Notes: generated from the sequence alone by a model not told the origin. A DNA stretch of 64,000 nt from Smithellaceae bacterium (GCA_028693285.1 JAQUVQ010000004.1:1278-65277); one strand, 5' to 3'. Positions 27,177-37,816 are shown, counted from the first letter of the stretch. A program made the numbers and translations.

Positions 27177-28520
27177 TTAGAACGTCAGCGTCAGCTTGTT
27201 GATGACGAGGAAATTGTCGTTCAACTCGTTGTTGACGGCCACATTGGCCTTGTAGTACTTGCCGGTAAACAGATAGCCGGCGCCCACCATGTAGGACAGG
27301 TTGTTGGTGATTTTGTAATTTGCGGTCAAATCCACTTCCCATCCGTAATCATTGTAAAGATAGTTTGCAGGTTTCTTGTCGGCGTTGGCGTAGGAAACGG
27401 ACGCCATGACATCCAGCTTGTCGATCGGCTTCACGCCGCCCCTCAACTGGAAGAACCATGCGTTCGCCATTCTGCCGTTATCGGCGCTGGTTCCGTAGCC
27501 CGTGAGGTTGCCGGCCCACTTGGCCCGATCGTCATAGTTAAACATGATGAGGCAGGGATTCCAGTCATACCCGCCGTTGATGAGTCCGCCCTCGTTTTTG
27601 TCGTTCGTTCCGGGATCGTTCCCGGACACATACGCGAAGCTGCCGCCCGCGTAAAACATGCCGAAATTGGCCGTCGCGTCAATGTAGGCGGAAATGTTTT
27701 CCAGCGTCACTTTGTCCAGATTGTCCACTGTTGTCGTCACACCATCTTCATACTTGTCCGTGCCGTTGAGGTAATTGAATTCGGCCTGCAGGGACACGGG
27801 ACCGATTTGAGCGAACACATAAGGGGTAAACAGGAAATAGGTTCTCTTGTAAGAAGTCGGCGCGGGCCGTGTATTGGCATAATTGTAGTAGTTGACATTC
27901 AAACCGGCACGGCCGCTTTTCCAGTTGTAAATGCCTTCCAGATGATACACGTCATTATCGGCATCCGATGTTGTTGAAGCAGGTTTCACGGCCGTCAAGC
28001 TGTTTTCTGCCACTTTTGAAATAGAAGCCCACACATTAACCGGGCCGAACATTCTGTTGAACCGGATTCTGGCCTGAGTATTTCTGTTGTTGCCAAAAAC
28101 CGTTCCCGTGGTTCCATAATTCATGTAACCGACCAGGAAAGTGCCGATGGGCGATTTGTAATCAATGTAAGCCCAATCGATGGCAATGTTTTCATTTTCC
28201 GCCACCGTTCCCGCCGAATCTGCAGCCAGGGGACCAACGGGATTGGATCTTGCCGCGCCCCAGGCCCGCTCCATCGCGTCGAAACGCGTAATCAATTTCA
28301 GGCCGGGGGTAATGGTAAAGTCCGTTCTGGCCCTCAATCTCTGGTAATAGAAAGCCGTGCTCGGATTTCCGCCCGTTGTGGACTTGGTAAAGTTTGTTTT
28401 ATCCAGATACATTCCACCCGCGTAAAACTCGCCGCTGAACTTTACGTCAACGGCCATCGCCGTCGAACTGAAGGCTACGATCAGCCCCAGCGACAGTAAA
28501 ACCAACCAAAATCTCTTCAT
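27177..28520 (-). CDS. outer-membrane beta-barrel porin
   Basis: Signal peptide MKRFWLVLLSLGLIVAFSSTAMA, alternating beta-strand pattern rich in Y/G/N, and a C-terminal ...LTLTF. GGAGGAG lies upstream of ATG 28520; the track start 28667 is rejected. Confidence 0.7.
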   Translation of the reverse strand: MKRFWLVLLSLGLIVAFSSTAMAVDVKFSGEFYAGGMYLDKTNFTKSTTGGNPSTAFYYQRLRARTDFTITPGLKLITRFDAMERAWGAARSNPVGPLAADSAGTVAENENIAIDWAYIDYKSPIGTFLVGYMNYGTTGTVFGNNRNTQARIRFNRMFGPVNVWASISKVAENSLTAVKPASTTSDADNDVYHLEGIYNWKSGRAGLNVNYYNYANTRPAPTSYKRTYFLFTPYVFAQIGPVSLQAEFNYLNGTDKYEDGVTTTVDNLDKVTLENISAYIDATANFGMFYAGGSFAYVSGNDPGTNDKNEGGLINGGYDWNPCLIMFNYDDRAKWAGNLTGYGTSADNGRMANAWFFQLRGGVKPIDKLDVMASVSYANADKKPANYLYNDYGWEVDLTANYKITNNLSYMVGAGYLFTGKYYKANVAVNNELNDNFLVINKLTLTF

Positions 28521-28805
28521 GATCTCCTCCTGTATATGATTTATCCTGAAGTTCAGGTTTTTACATGCGATTGCACACTTCTTATTCACAGTTTCACCCT
28601 CTATTTTAAAGACAGCCGCCGCAACAAATTCCGCACGGCCTTCGGGTGACTGGAGGTCATTTAGCACTTGCGTCTGTTTTTGTAAAGGAAATATTATGAT
28701 TATTTGTAATTGCCGGTAATATTAAGAAAACAACAGGAATAATCACTGGAAACGCAAAAACAGGATATTTTTCAATCGGTTCAAGATTTTCGTCCGGCAT
28801 TAAAC

Positions 28806-28842
28806 GCAAAAAAGCAGGGAAGTCTCTCGAATCTTCCCCGCT
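28806..28842 (-). terminator. rho-independent terminator of carboxyltransferase gene
   Basis: Minus strand reads AGCGGGGAAG-loop-CTTCCCTGCT followed by TTTTTTGCG. Confidence 0.55.
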
Positions 28843-28866
28843 TTTTCAAGACGTCCGTCGGACCAT

Positions 28867-30438
28867 TCACAACGGAATATTGTTGTGTTTCTTTGTCCGC
28901 CTCGCTTCCTTTTTATTCTGCAGAGCCTCCAGCAGGACGACAATGCGTTTGCGCGTCCGGCTGGGCAGAATCACCTCCTCGATAGCACCCAGCGATGCGG
29001 CATAGTAAGGATTATTGAATTTTTCCTCGTAATCCGCGATCAGCGCCGCGCGCTTCGCATCCGGGTCCACAGCCCCTTTGATTTCGGCGCGGTGAATGAT
29101 GTTGCAGGCGCCCGAAGCTCCCATCACGGCGATTTCCGCCGTCGGCCAGGCCATAACGTAATCCGCCCCCAGCTGCTTGCAGCACATGCCGATATAGGAC
29201 CCGCCGTAAGCCTTGCGCGTGACGACGGTGATCTTCGGCACCGTGGCTTCCGAATAGGCGTGCAGAAGCTTCGCGCCGTGGCGGATAATGCCCGCCCATT
29301 CCTGGTCCGTGCCGGGCATGTAGCCGGGAACGTCGGAGAACGTGACGAGCGGAATGTTGAAGGCGTCGCAGAAACGGATGAAGCGCGACGCCTTGTCCGA
29401 AGCATTGACGTTGAGAACACCCGCATAAGACATGGGATTGTTGGCTATGACTCCCACGGGCCGGCCCATGATGCGGATCAAAGCGACGATGATGTTCGGC
29501 GCCCACTGCGCGTGGAGCTCAAACCATTCGCCGTTGTCGGCAACCGATTTGATGATGCTTTTCATATTGTAGGCGCGCGCCGCTCTGTCGGGAATGATCT
29601 TGTTCAATTCCGGGCACTCCCGGTCCGGGTTGTCGGTCGTCTCTGCGACCGGCAGCGGCGAATGACAGCTGTCCGGCAGGTACGACAGCAATCCTTTGAT
29701 TTTTTGAATGCAGTCTTCGTCGTTTTCAGTCACGACATGGCACACGCCGCTTTTGGAGGCGTGAGCCACGGCTCCGCCCAGGTCTTCCTGCGAAACTTCT
29801 TCTCCAATCACGGCCTTGATCACGTCCGGCCCCGTGATGTACATGTACGATGTATTCTTCACCATGAAAATCCAGTCGGTGAGCGCCGGAGAATACACGG
29901 CGCCGCCGGCCGTGGGTCCCATGATCGCCGTGATCTGGGGAATATAACCGGAGGCCAGCGTGTTGCGGTAGAAGATGCCGCCGTAGCCTTCCAGAGACGG
30001 CACGCCCTCCTGAATGCGCGCCCCGCCGGAATCGTTGATGGAAACAAACGGCTTTTGCGCGTCCAGCGCCATGTCCATAACTTTCCATATCTTTTTGGCG
30101 TGCATTTCGCCCAGGGTTCCGCCCGCGCTGGTAAAATCCTGGGCGGCGGCGAAGACAATCCGGCCGTTGACTTTGCCGAAGCCCGTGATGACGCCGTCGG
30201 CCGGAATTTCCTTTTTGTCCATGCCGAACAGGGTGGCGTGATGCTTCACGAAAAGCTGCACTTCCTGAAAGCTGCCTTCATCAAACAACCGGTTCAACCG
30301 TTCACGGGCCGTGAGCTTCCCGCCGTCGTGCTGCTTTTGCACCTGCTTTTCCCCGCCCATCTTCATCATCGACTGGGCCCGGGTTTCAAAGTCCCGAATT
30401 TTCCCTTCCGTCGTCGCCTGCCTGATATCGTCCCCCAT
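28867..30438 (-). CDS. acyl-CoA carboxylase carboxyltransferase subunit (propionyl-/methylmalonyl-CoA type)
   Basis: Full-length carboxyl-transferase N and C domains (GKLTARERL, AQDFTSAGGTLGE, PKITVVTRKAYGG). Start taken at MGDDIRQ (ATG 30438). Confidence 0.92.
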   Translation of the reverse strand: MGDDIRQATTEGKIRDFETRAQSMMKMGGEKQVQKQHDGGKLTARERLNRLFDEGSFQEVQLFVKHHATLFGMDKKEIPADGVITGFGKVNGRIVFAAAQDFTSAGGTLGEMHAKKIWKVMDMALDAQKPFVSINDSGGARIQEGVPSLEGYGGIFYRNTLASGYIPQITAIMGPTAGGAVYSPALTDWIFMVKNTSYMYITGPDVIKAVIGEEVSQEDLGGAVAHASKSGVCHVVTENDEDCIQKIKGLLSYLPDSCHSPLPVAETTDNPDRECPELNKIIPDRAARAYNMKSIIKSVADNGEWFELHAQWAPNIIVALIRIMGRPVGVIANNPMSYAGVLNVNASDKASRFIRFCDAFNIPLVTFSDVPGYMPGTDQEWAGIIRHGAKLLHAYSEATVPKITVVTRKAYGGSYIGMCCKQLGADYVMAWPTAEIAVMGASGACNIIHRAEIKGAVDPDAKRAALIADYEEKFNNPYYAASLGAIEEVILPSRTRKRIVVLLEALQNKKEARRTKKHNNIPL

Positions 30439-30616
30439 GACTGATCTCCTTCGTAATTTCCTGATTCGATAAACCGTTTTCCGTTTTATCTTGACCGGGC
30501 TTCGGGCCTGCGTTACTATCCCGGACGAAAAAATACCGGCCCGGCCATGTGTTTTGAAAACGGCGAAGAAGTGCTTAACCTTTTTGGGGCAAACTGGCAA
30601 GTCTGATTTGTGCGAT

Positions 30617-31354
30617 ATGCGCAACTTCAAAATGATTCTCGAATATGACGGCGCAGCCTACTGCGGCTGGCAAAGGCAGCAAAACGGGCTTTCCATTCAG
30701 CAGGTAGTGGAAGAGGCGCTGGCGCGCATCATCGGCGAAAACGCGACGGTCATCGCCTCCGGACGAACGGACGCGGGCGTGCATGCCATGAATCAGGCGG
30801 CCAGCTTTCGGTCGCGCACCGTTCTCCCGGCCAACAAAATTTTTTTGGGCGTCAACAGCGTTTTGCCGGACAACATTGTCGTGAAGGATTTGCAGGAAGC
30901 GCCGCCGGATTTCAACGCACTGAAAGATGCGAGAGGCAAGGTTTATGTGTATCGCATACAAAATCAGCGCCTGCGCCCCGCGCTGGGACGCCAGTATTTC
31001 TGGCACGTGCGCTGCCCGCTGAACCTCGAGAGCATGCGCCTGGCCGCGATGAAATTGATCGGTGAACACGATTTTTCGTGTTTTTGCGCGACGGGCTGTG
31101 ATATTAAGAATCGCGTCAGGCTTCTCACGGTCTGCTCGATTGTCCATCAGGAAAGCGGACGGCTGGAAATCACGCTTGAATCGAGCGGATTTTTGCGCCA
31201 TATGGTGCGCAACATCGTCGGCACGCTGGTGGACGTGGGCCGGGGAAAAATCGCGCCGGAAAGCATGCCGCAAATCCTCGCCTCGCGCGACCGGAAACAG
31301 GCCGGAACAGCCGCGCCCGCCTGCGGCCTTTTCTTAAAGGAGGTGAAATACTGA
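30617..31354 (+). CDS. truA: tRNA pseudouridine(38-40) synthase
   Basis: MRNFKMILEYDGAAYCGWQRQ and the catalytic GRTDAGVHA motif. Confidence 0.9.
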   Translation: MRNFKMILEYDGAAYCGWQRQQNGLSIQQVVEEALARIIGENATVIASGRTDAGVHAMNQAASFRSRTVLPANKIFLGVNSVLPDNIVVKDLQEAPPDFNALKDARGKVYVYRIQNQRLRPALGRQYFWHVRCPLNLESMRLAAMKLIGEHDFSCFCATGCDIKNRVRLLTVCSIVHQESGRLEITLESSGFLRHMVRNIVGTLVDVGRGKIAPESMPQILASRDRKQAGTAAPACGLFLKEVKY

Positions 31355-31358
31355 ACAC

Positions 31359-32234
31359 ATGAAAGTACTGCTGCTGGGACACAAGGGAATGCTGGGAAAC
31401 GATCTGATGGCGCAATTCAGACACCGGCACGACGTCATCGGCATGGACAGGGAGGAAATCGACATCACCCGCGCCTCCGAATGCCGCAGGGCCGTGGCGG
31501 AAACCGAACCTCAGCTCGTCATCAACGCCGCCGGCTACACCAATGTGGACGCCTGCGAAACCGCCAAGGAAGAATGTTTCGCGGTAAACGCGGAAGCGGT
31601 CAAAAACATCGCCCAGGCCTGCCGGGACGGCAATGTTCCCATGATTCATTACAGCACGGACTACGTTTTTGACGGAAACGCGAATCACCCTTACGCGGAA
31701 GAAGATCCCTGCAATCCGATCAACACTTACGGCGCCTCCAAACTGGCGGGCGAGCACCATCTGAAGCGTCTGACGGACAATTTTATTCTGATCCGGACCG
31801 CCTGGCTTTACGGCGCAAAGGGGAAAAACTTCGTTTCGGCCATTCTGGACCGGGCCAGGGAGACGGGAAAACTGACGGTTGTTGACGATCAGATGGGCTC
31901 GCCTACCTGCACGCGCGACCTGGCGGCGGCGACGGAGCTTCTGGTGGACAAAAACGCCCGCGGCATTTTCCACGTAACCAACCGCGGCTGCTGCACCTGG
32001 TACGATTTTGCGCGCAAAATCCTGAAGGAAGCCCGCATGGAGCAGGTCGAATTGTCCCCGATGAAAACCAGCGAACTGCAGCGGGCGGCCCGACGACCGG
32101 CTTACAGCGTGCTCGGCATGCACAAGTTCGTGGCCGCAACCGGCAAAACCATGCAGCCCTGGCAGCTCGCCTTTTCGGATTATTATTCGTTCATCGCCAG
32201 CCGGACCTGCCTGAGCCCGCCGGGAACCGCTTGA
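31359..32234 (+). CDS. rfbD: dTDP-4-dehydrorhamnose reductase
   Basis: MKVLLLGHKGMLG Rossmann fold, STDYVFDG, and TWYDFA motifs. Confidence 0.9.
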   Translation: MKVLLLGHKGMLGNDLMAQFRHRHDVIGMDREEIDITRASECRRAVAETEPQLVINAAGYTNVDACETAKEECFAVNAEAVKNIAQACRDGNVPMIHYSTDYVFDGNANHPYAEEDPCNPINTYGASKLAGEHHLKRLTDNFILIRTAWLYGAKGKNFVSAILDRARETGKLTVVDDQMGSPTCTRDLAAATELLVDKNARGIFHVTNRGCCTWYDFARKILKEARMEQVELSPMKTSELQRAARRPAYSVLGMHKFVAATGKTMQPWQLAFSDYYSFIASRTCLSPPGTA

Positions 32235-32349
32235 TGCATCCGGCACAAACGCTTTTTAGCGCGGCAAATTTGCGAAAGAATTTTAAAATGAATTCCGGCC
32301 GGACGTATGTTATAATTCCAAAAAATCCCGTCAGGATGGAGGTTTGACC

Positions 32350-35097
32350 GTGCGAAAAATATTCAAAGTAGTCTTTTGGGGTCTGATTCCGGCCGCGGCT
32401 CTGATGCTGCAGGGCTGCCTCGTCTCCACGCCATCCACGCTCATTACGCCGGAAATCCGGTCTTTGTATGAAGGGGAATATACCGTCGATCCCTACATGA
32501 AAAAACATGTTCCCCTTTCCGTTGCCGTTCTGCCCTTTGTCGATCTGTCCGGCAGCAAGGAAGGGGCAAACGCCATGCGCAAAGGCTTCTACAACCATTT
32601 CAGCTCCCTTCCCTTCAAAGACATGGAACTTTACAAGGTGGACGATCTGCTTTTGAAGGCGGGCTTGACCGACCCGGATGTCATCCGCAAAATCCCTCCG
32701 CGAAAGCTGGGAGAAATTCTGGGCGTTGACGCGGTTGTTTTCGGAGAGGTTTCCGATTTTGACAAATATTTCGCGGTCCTCTATTCGCAGGTTGCCGTGG
32801 GCGCGGAAGTGAAAATGTACGACGCCAAAACCGGCAACTTTCTGTGGAGCGGAAAACATAAAGTGCGCAAGCACGAAGGCGGCGTTTCCACGAATCCGGT
32901 CGGCATCATCGCGACGGTAATTGCGACCGCCCTGAATGTCCGCGACATTCAGCTCCTGCGCGCCAACGATGATCTGTTCCGCGACATGGTCAAAACCATT
33001 CCCACGCCGTCTCTGGCTCAGGCCAAGCGTCCGCCGGTCATTACGCTCCTTACGCAGGACACCAAAGGACTGCCGAAAAAAGCAGGCGATGAGATCAAGG
33101 TGGTCATTCAGGGAACGCCTAACATGCAGGCTTCTTTTGACATCGGCCAGTACCGGAAGCGCATCGAAATGCAGGAAGTCGAGCCGGGCGGTTATTACGG
33201 CGTTTACAAAGTGGTGCCCGGGGACAACATCGAAAAAGCCATCGTCACCGGCTTTCTCACGGACGATTCCGGAAACACCGCCCACTGGGTGGACGCGATC
33301 GGATCCGTCACGCTGGACACCACCGCGCCGGACAAACCCGCGGGCATTACATCAACGGGAAGAAACCAGCGGGTGGCGCTGCGCTGGGAGAAAAACACCG
33401 CGGCGGATCTGGCCGGTTATCTCATTTACCGCTCCGAGACCCCGCTTTCCGGATACCTTCAAATCGGCAAAACGGAACTGAACGAGTACAAGGACACCGA
33501 TCAGAATCTGGCAAACGCCCGGACCTATTATTACCGGATTTCGGCCGTGGATTTTGCAGGCAATGAAAGCCGGACGGAGCAGGCCGAGGGCATGCCGATC
33601 GCACCGGGGCCGACGCCGGTTTCCGGAGCGATCGAGGCGGATGCCACCTGGTATTCGGGCGCCAGCCCCTACATTCTGGAATCCAATGTCACCGTGAAGG
33701 ACAAGGCGCTTTTGACCATTGAACCGGGAACGGAAATTCAGTCCAAAGGCGGCGGGCTCGTGATCGAAGGACGGATTTCAGCCCGGGGCGACAATGACCG
33801 CATCATCCGTTTTGATTCGGCGCAGGACGGTCAGTTCTGGCCGGGCATCACCTTTGCCAGCGTGAAGGACCGGGAAAACCATCTGGCGTTCGTCCGCGTG
33901 CAAAACGCGCGGACCGCCGTCTTTTGTCAGGCCTCTTCGCCGACCATTGAGCAATCCGAATTCACGAAAAACCACGAAGCGATCAAAATCCAGGGAGTCT
34001 TTTCCAAGCCGCTGGTCAGCCGAAACACCCTTTACAAAAACAAGGGCGCCGCCATTTCCGTAAGCGACGGAGCCGCGCCGCGCATTGTGGGAAACACCAT
34101 CAACGACAACGACCATACGGGAGTGGTGCTGCACTCCGCGGCGGCGGAAATCACGCAAAACACGATTACCCGGAACAAAAACAACGGCATCGCGGTCAAA
34201 GGCGCCGAAGCGGTCATCTTTCAAAACAACCTGGTGGACAATCAGCCCTACAATGTGTTCGGCGAAATGAAAGGAGAGCCCGCAAAGGCGCTGAACAACT
34301 GGTGGGGCAGCGCCGCCATGGCGGCCGTTCTGTCCGGAATACACGGACGCGTCGATGTCAGCTCCGTGCTGGACGCCCCGTACCCGCAGGGCAAAGCGCT
34401 GGCCGTTCCGATTCTGGATCAGAAGCTGGAAGGCGCGATCCAGGCGGATGCCTATCTGATTTTATCGCGAAGTCCCTATCGCCTGGTCAAAGACGTGGTG
34501 ATTGACGGAGGCGCCACTCTCTACATCGAACCCGGGGTTGTCATCGAATACGAACAGGAAACCTCCTTCATCACCAGAAACGGCGGCATCGTCGCGAAGG
34601 GAACCGGGGAAAAGCCGATTACCTTCACCGCCGCTTCCGCATCACCCGCTCCGGGCTTCTATGTCAGCGCCGTGCGCTTTTCCGAAGCCACAAAAATCAA
34701 CAGCGCCTTTGCCTATTGCATCGTGAAGTACGCGACAACCGCCTTTGACATTTACACGGGATCGCCGGAAATCTCCCACAGTTACATCGCCCACGCCTCG
34801 CAGAACGGCGTTTACTGCCGCAAAGACGCCGCCCCGGTCCTTTCCCACAACACGTTTGCGCACAATCAGGGGGAAGGCGCGGTCAAATGCGTCGGTTCGG
34901 CCAATCCCAAGATTTTTCAAAACAACTTCATCGACAACGCCGTGGCCATTCAGAGTTTTTCGTCGATTTTCATCGACGCCCGCAACAACTGGTGGGGGGC
35001 TTCGCCTCCGGATCCCAAAATCTTCTGGGGAGAAAACATCAACACGAATCCCTGGCTGGAACAGGCAAACCCGGAGGCTTTTACGGAAAGACGTTGA
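32350..35097 (+). CDS. large multidomain lipoprotein: DUF799/GNA1162-like + Ig/FN3-like + two right-handed beta-helix modules
   Basis: The GTG 32350 start (GGAGG 7 nt upstream) gives MRKIFKVVFWGLIPAAALMLQGC (lipobox). The N-terminal LPFVDLSG...VVFGEVSDFDKY block is GNA1162-like. An FN3-like block follows (APDKPAGI...YYYRISAVDFAGNES). Repeated NxIxxN beta-helix turns follow, and each module ends in an NNWWG motif. Confidence 0.75.
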   Translation: MRKIFKVVFWGLIPAAALMLQGCLVSTPSTLITPEIRSLYEGEYTVDPYMKKHVPLSVAVLPFVDLSGSKEGANAMRKGFYNHFSSLPFKDMELYKVDDLLLKAGLTDPDVIRKIPPRKLGEILGVDAVVFGEVSDFDKYFAVLYSQVAVGAEVKMYDAKTGNFLWSGKHKVRKHEGGVSTNPVGIIATVIATALNVRDIQLLRANDDLFRDMVKTIPTPSLAQAKRPPVITLLTQDTKGLPKKAGDEIKVVIQGTPNMQASFDIGQYRKRIEMQEVEPGGYYGVYKVVPGDNIEKAIVTGFLTDDSGNTAHWVDAIGSVTLDTTAPDKPAGITSTGRNQRVALRWEKNTAADLAGYLIYRSETPLSGYLQIGKTELNEYKDTDQNLANARTYYYRISAVDFAGNESRTEQAEGMPIAPGPTPVSGAIEADATWYSGASPYILESNVTVKDKALLTIEPGTEIQSKGGGLVIEGRISARGDNDRIIRFDSAQDGQFWPGITFASVKDRENHLAFVRVQNARTAVFCQASSPTIEQSEFTKNHEAIKIQGVFSKPLVSRNTLYKNKGAAISVSDGAAPRIVGNTINDNDHTGVVLHSAAAEITQNTITRNKNNGIAVKGAEAVIFQNNLVDNQPYNVFGEMKGEPAKALNNWWGSAAMAAVLSGIHGRVDVSSVLDAPYPQGKALAVPILDQKLEGAIQADAYLILSRSPYRLVKDVVIDGGATLYIEPGVVIEYEQETSFITRNGGIVAKGTGEKPITFTAASASPAPGFYVSAVRFSEATKINSAFAYCIVKYATTAFDIYTGSPEISHSYIAHASQNGVYCRKDAAPVLSHNTFAHNQGEGAVKCVGSANPKIFQNNFIDNAVAIQSFSSIFIDARNNWWGASPPDPKIFWGENINTNPWLEQANPEAFTERR

Positions 35098-35142
35098 CAC
35101 CGGAAGGTTATTTTCCTATAGTCCCGCAGACTTGAAAACGGA

Positions 35143-37110
35143 GTGCTGTGGGTGATTTATTTCCGCAATGCCAGTTTGTCTTTTCTGGACAAAACGCTGT
35201 TCGACCGGATTCAATGGACGATTCATCCCAAAAGCCGCATCGGCCTGGTGGGCGACAACGGCGCGGGCAAAACGACCCTGTTTCGGGCCATTCTCGGCGA
35301 GGTGCCTCTCGATTCCGGTCTTATCGAAATCCCCGGCCGGAAGCAAAAAAAGATCGGCTATCTTCCGCAGGACCTGGTCGAACTCGAATCGACAGGCCTG
35401 ATCGAGTATCTTCGCCGGAAAAGCGGCATTGCCGGGCTGGAGGAAGACCTCCGCTCTCTGGAGCGGCAAATGGCGCAGGCGCCTTCCCATTCGCGCGAAT
35501 ACGGCGAACTTTCAAGCCGTTATGCGCAGGCAACCGCCGAATTTTCCGCCCGCGAGGGATATGCTTTTGAAGCACGAGCCAAACAGATTCTCAAAGGGTT
35601 CGGCTTCCGGCCCCAGGATTTTGAAAAAACCTGCGACGTGTTTTCCGGCGGCTGGAAAATGCGGATTCTCCTGACCTCAATCCTGCTGGGCCGGCCGGAC
35701 ATCATGCTGCTCGACGAGCCGACCAATCATCTCGACACGGAGAGCATGGAATGGCTGGAAAGCTACCTGAAGGACTACCCCGGAACCATTCTGATTGTTT
35801 CCCACGATCATTTTTTCCTGGACAAGATCGCCACGCAAATCGCGGAATTAGCCAATCGCCGCATCCACATTTACAAGGGCAACTACACCTATTATCTTGC
35901 CGAAAAAGACCGCCGGTTTGAAGCGCTGAAAAAAGAAATGGAACTGCAAAAAGCGCAGATTAAAAAAATTGAATCGTTTGTGGAGCGGTTCCGCTACAAG
36001 GCCACCAAGGCGTCGCAGGTGCAAAGCCGCGTCAAGATGCTGGAAAAATTTAAAGACCTTCAGGCAGAAGGCGCCGCCAAAAGCGTCGTCATGAAATTCC
36101 CGGAAGGCAAAAAAAGCGCAAAGGAAGTGGTCACGGTCTGCGATCTGGGCCATGCCTATGGAGACCTGGCGGTTTTTTCCGGTTTGAATTTTTCGCTTTT
36201 TCGGGGTGACAAGGTGGCCTTCGTCGGCGTGAACGGATCGGGCAAATCCACGTTGTCTAGGCTTTTGAGCCTTTTCGAAAGGCCTGTCCGCGGATCGGTG
36301 ACGTATGGAGAAGGCGTCAACATGGCTTTTTTCTCTCAGGAAAGCGCGCAGAACCTGAACTACGCCAACACCATCTGGGAAGAAGTGCAGGGAGTTCCGA
36401 CGTCCGCCGACGACCAGAACAAGCGAAACCTGCTGGGAGCTTTTCTTTTTTCGGGAGACGATATTTACAAGTCCGTCGGCGTCCTGTCCGGCGGAGAAAA
36501 ATCCCGCCTGGCGCTTTTGAAAATCATGCTCACCGACACCAACTTCCTGGTGCTGGACGAACCGACCAATCATCTGGACATCAAAACCAAAGACGTTTTT
36601 CAAAGCGCCCTGATCCACTATTCCGGCACAATGGCCATTGTTTCCCACGACCGTTACTTTCTGGACCGTCTGGTCAACCGGGTCTTTGAACTAAAGGACG
36701 GATCCGTCACGGATTACGCGGGCAATTATTCCTACTTTATTGAAAAGCGCGCCCGGATGGCGGCGGATGCCGGACAGCAGGAGCGCCGCGACCGGGCGCC
36801 TGTGGACAGGACGCTTAAAACAAAAGACAAAAAAAGACTGGAAGCGGAAGAACGCAATCGCCTGTCGAAAATCAAAAACGGCTTAAAGAGGGAGCTGGCG
36901 AAGTTGGAAGAAAAAATCGCAGAGCTTGAATCCCGAAAGGCTGGCGATGAACATTCCCTGTGTGATCCCCAAACACACAAAGACGCAGTGAAAATCAAAG
37001 GCCTTCAGATCGATCTGAAGGCCGTTGAAAACGAGCTTGCACAAGCCTACCACCTGTGGACGGAACTGAGTTGCAAACTGGAAGAGACTGATTCAGACGG
37101 CTTCGCCTGA
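35143..37110 (+). CDS. ABC-F family ATPase (no membrane domain)
   Basis: Two Walker A motifs (GDNGAGKTT, GVNGSGKST), two signatures (LSGGWKMR, LSGGEKSR), and a charged C-terminal coiled coil. Alternative GTG start at 35152. Confidence 0.9.
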   Translation: MLWVIYFRNASLSFLDKTLFDRIQWTIHPKSRIGLVGDNGAGKTTLFRAILGEVPLDSGLIEIPGRKQKKIGYLPQDLVELESTGLIEYLRRKSGIAGLEEDLRSLERQMAQAPSHSREYGELSSRYAQATAEFSAREGYAFEARAKQILKGFGFRPQDFEKTCDVFSGGWKMRILLTSILLGRPDIMLLDEPTNHLDTESMEWLESYLKDYPGTILIVSHDHFFLDKIATQIAELANRRIHIYKGNYTYYLAEKDRRFEALKKEMELQKAQIKKIESFVERFRYKATKASQVQSRVKMLEKFKDLQAEGAAKSVVMKFPEGKKSAKEVVTVCDLGHAYGDLAVFSGLNFSLFRGDKVAFVGVNGSGKSTLSRLLSLFERPVRGSVTYGEGVNMAFFSQESAQNLNYANTIWEEVQGVPTSADDQNKRNLLGAFLFSGDDIYKSVGVLSGGEKSRLALLKIMLTDTNFLVLDEPTNHLDIKTKDVFQSALIHYSGTMAIVSHDRYFLDRLVNRVFELKDGSVTDYAGNYSYFIEKRARMAADAGQQERRDRAPVDRTLKTKDKKRLEAEERNRLSKIKNGLKRELAKLEEKIAELESRKAGDEHSLCDPQTHKDAVKIKGLQIDLKAVENELAQAYHLWTELSCKLEETDSDGFA

Positions 37111-37211
37111 TTCCAAATCAAAATCAAGCGTTCCCTTTTTGGCGTCGTTGATTTCCTTCATGGATTTGCAGGAAACGGTTTTAATCCATTCCCTGCGCGC
37201 AGTGGTTCTTC

Positions 37212-37730
37212 TTACGCGCCGTCCAAACCCGAGCGTTCCATGTGCTGATACCAGGTGGCCGGATCGGCCAGGAATTCTTCCGTGTCCTTCAGCGACAGCA
37301 GGTGCTGCCGCTCCACGGAGGCAAGCATATTGAAAAACGCGATCTCTTTGGCATCCGTGGACTGCTTGGCCAGCTTGGTATAAAGGGCCACGCCGCGCGC
37401 TTCAAAATCAATTGCCGTGCGGACCGCCTTGAGCTCATCATCCGTTCCGGCAATGCGGGCTGATTTTTTCCCGGACATGCCCTGCAGGATGGCTCCGGCG
37501 GCAGACGGCCGGACTTTCAGGGCGATCGTGGCCGGCCATTTCTTCTTTTCCTCCCACTTCGCGTGGAGTTTTTTGAGCATTTCGTAATGCTCTTTCTCCT
37601 CGTCGGCAATCTGCTTGAACATGTTTTTCCCGGCCATGTTCCTGGTCTTCCGGGCATGGGCAAGATAAAACTCGCGCTCCTTTTCTTCGTTTTCCAAAGC
37701 AAAGGCCAGTGCGTTCATTCTTTTATCCAT
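37212..37730 (-). CDS. ferritin-like/rubrerythrin-family diiron domain protein
   Basis: Paired ExxH motifs (EEKEHYEML, ERQHLLSL). Start at MDKRMN. Confidence 0.75.
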   Translation of the reverse strand: MDKRMNALAFALENEEKEREFYLAHARKTRNMAGKNMFKQIADEEKEHYEMLKKLHAKWEEKKKWPATIALKVRPSAAGAILQGMSGKKSARIAGTDDELKAVRTAIDFEARGVALYTKLAKQSTDAKEIAFFNMLASVERQHLLSLKDTEEFLADPATWYQHMERSGLDGA

Positions 37731-37816
37731 GAATACCCCCTTTGGCGGATGATCGTGGTTGCGCGGTATTATAGAAGATGCTGCAAATTCAGGCAATACG
37801 TTTTTTCGGGTCCCGG

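Noticed and set aside
28885-30444. 519-aa plus-strand ORF
   Set aside because: Antisense shadow of the carboxyltransferase gene. The translation is Arg/His/Gly-rich with no motif.
31170-33285. 358-aa and 364-aa minus-strand ORFs
   Set aside because: They are antisense to rfbD, the truA end and the large lipoprotein gene, all of which have clear family signatures. The composition is typical of GC-rich shadow frames.
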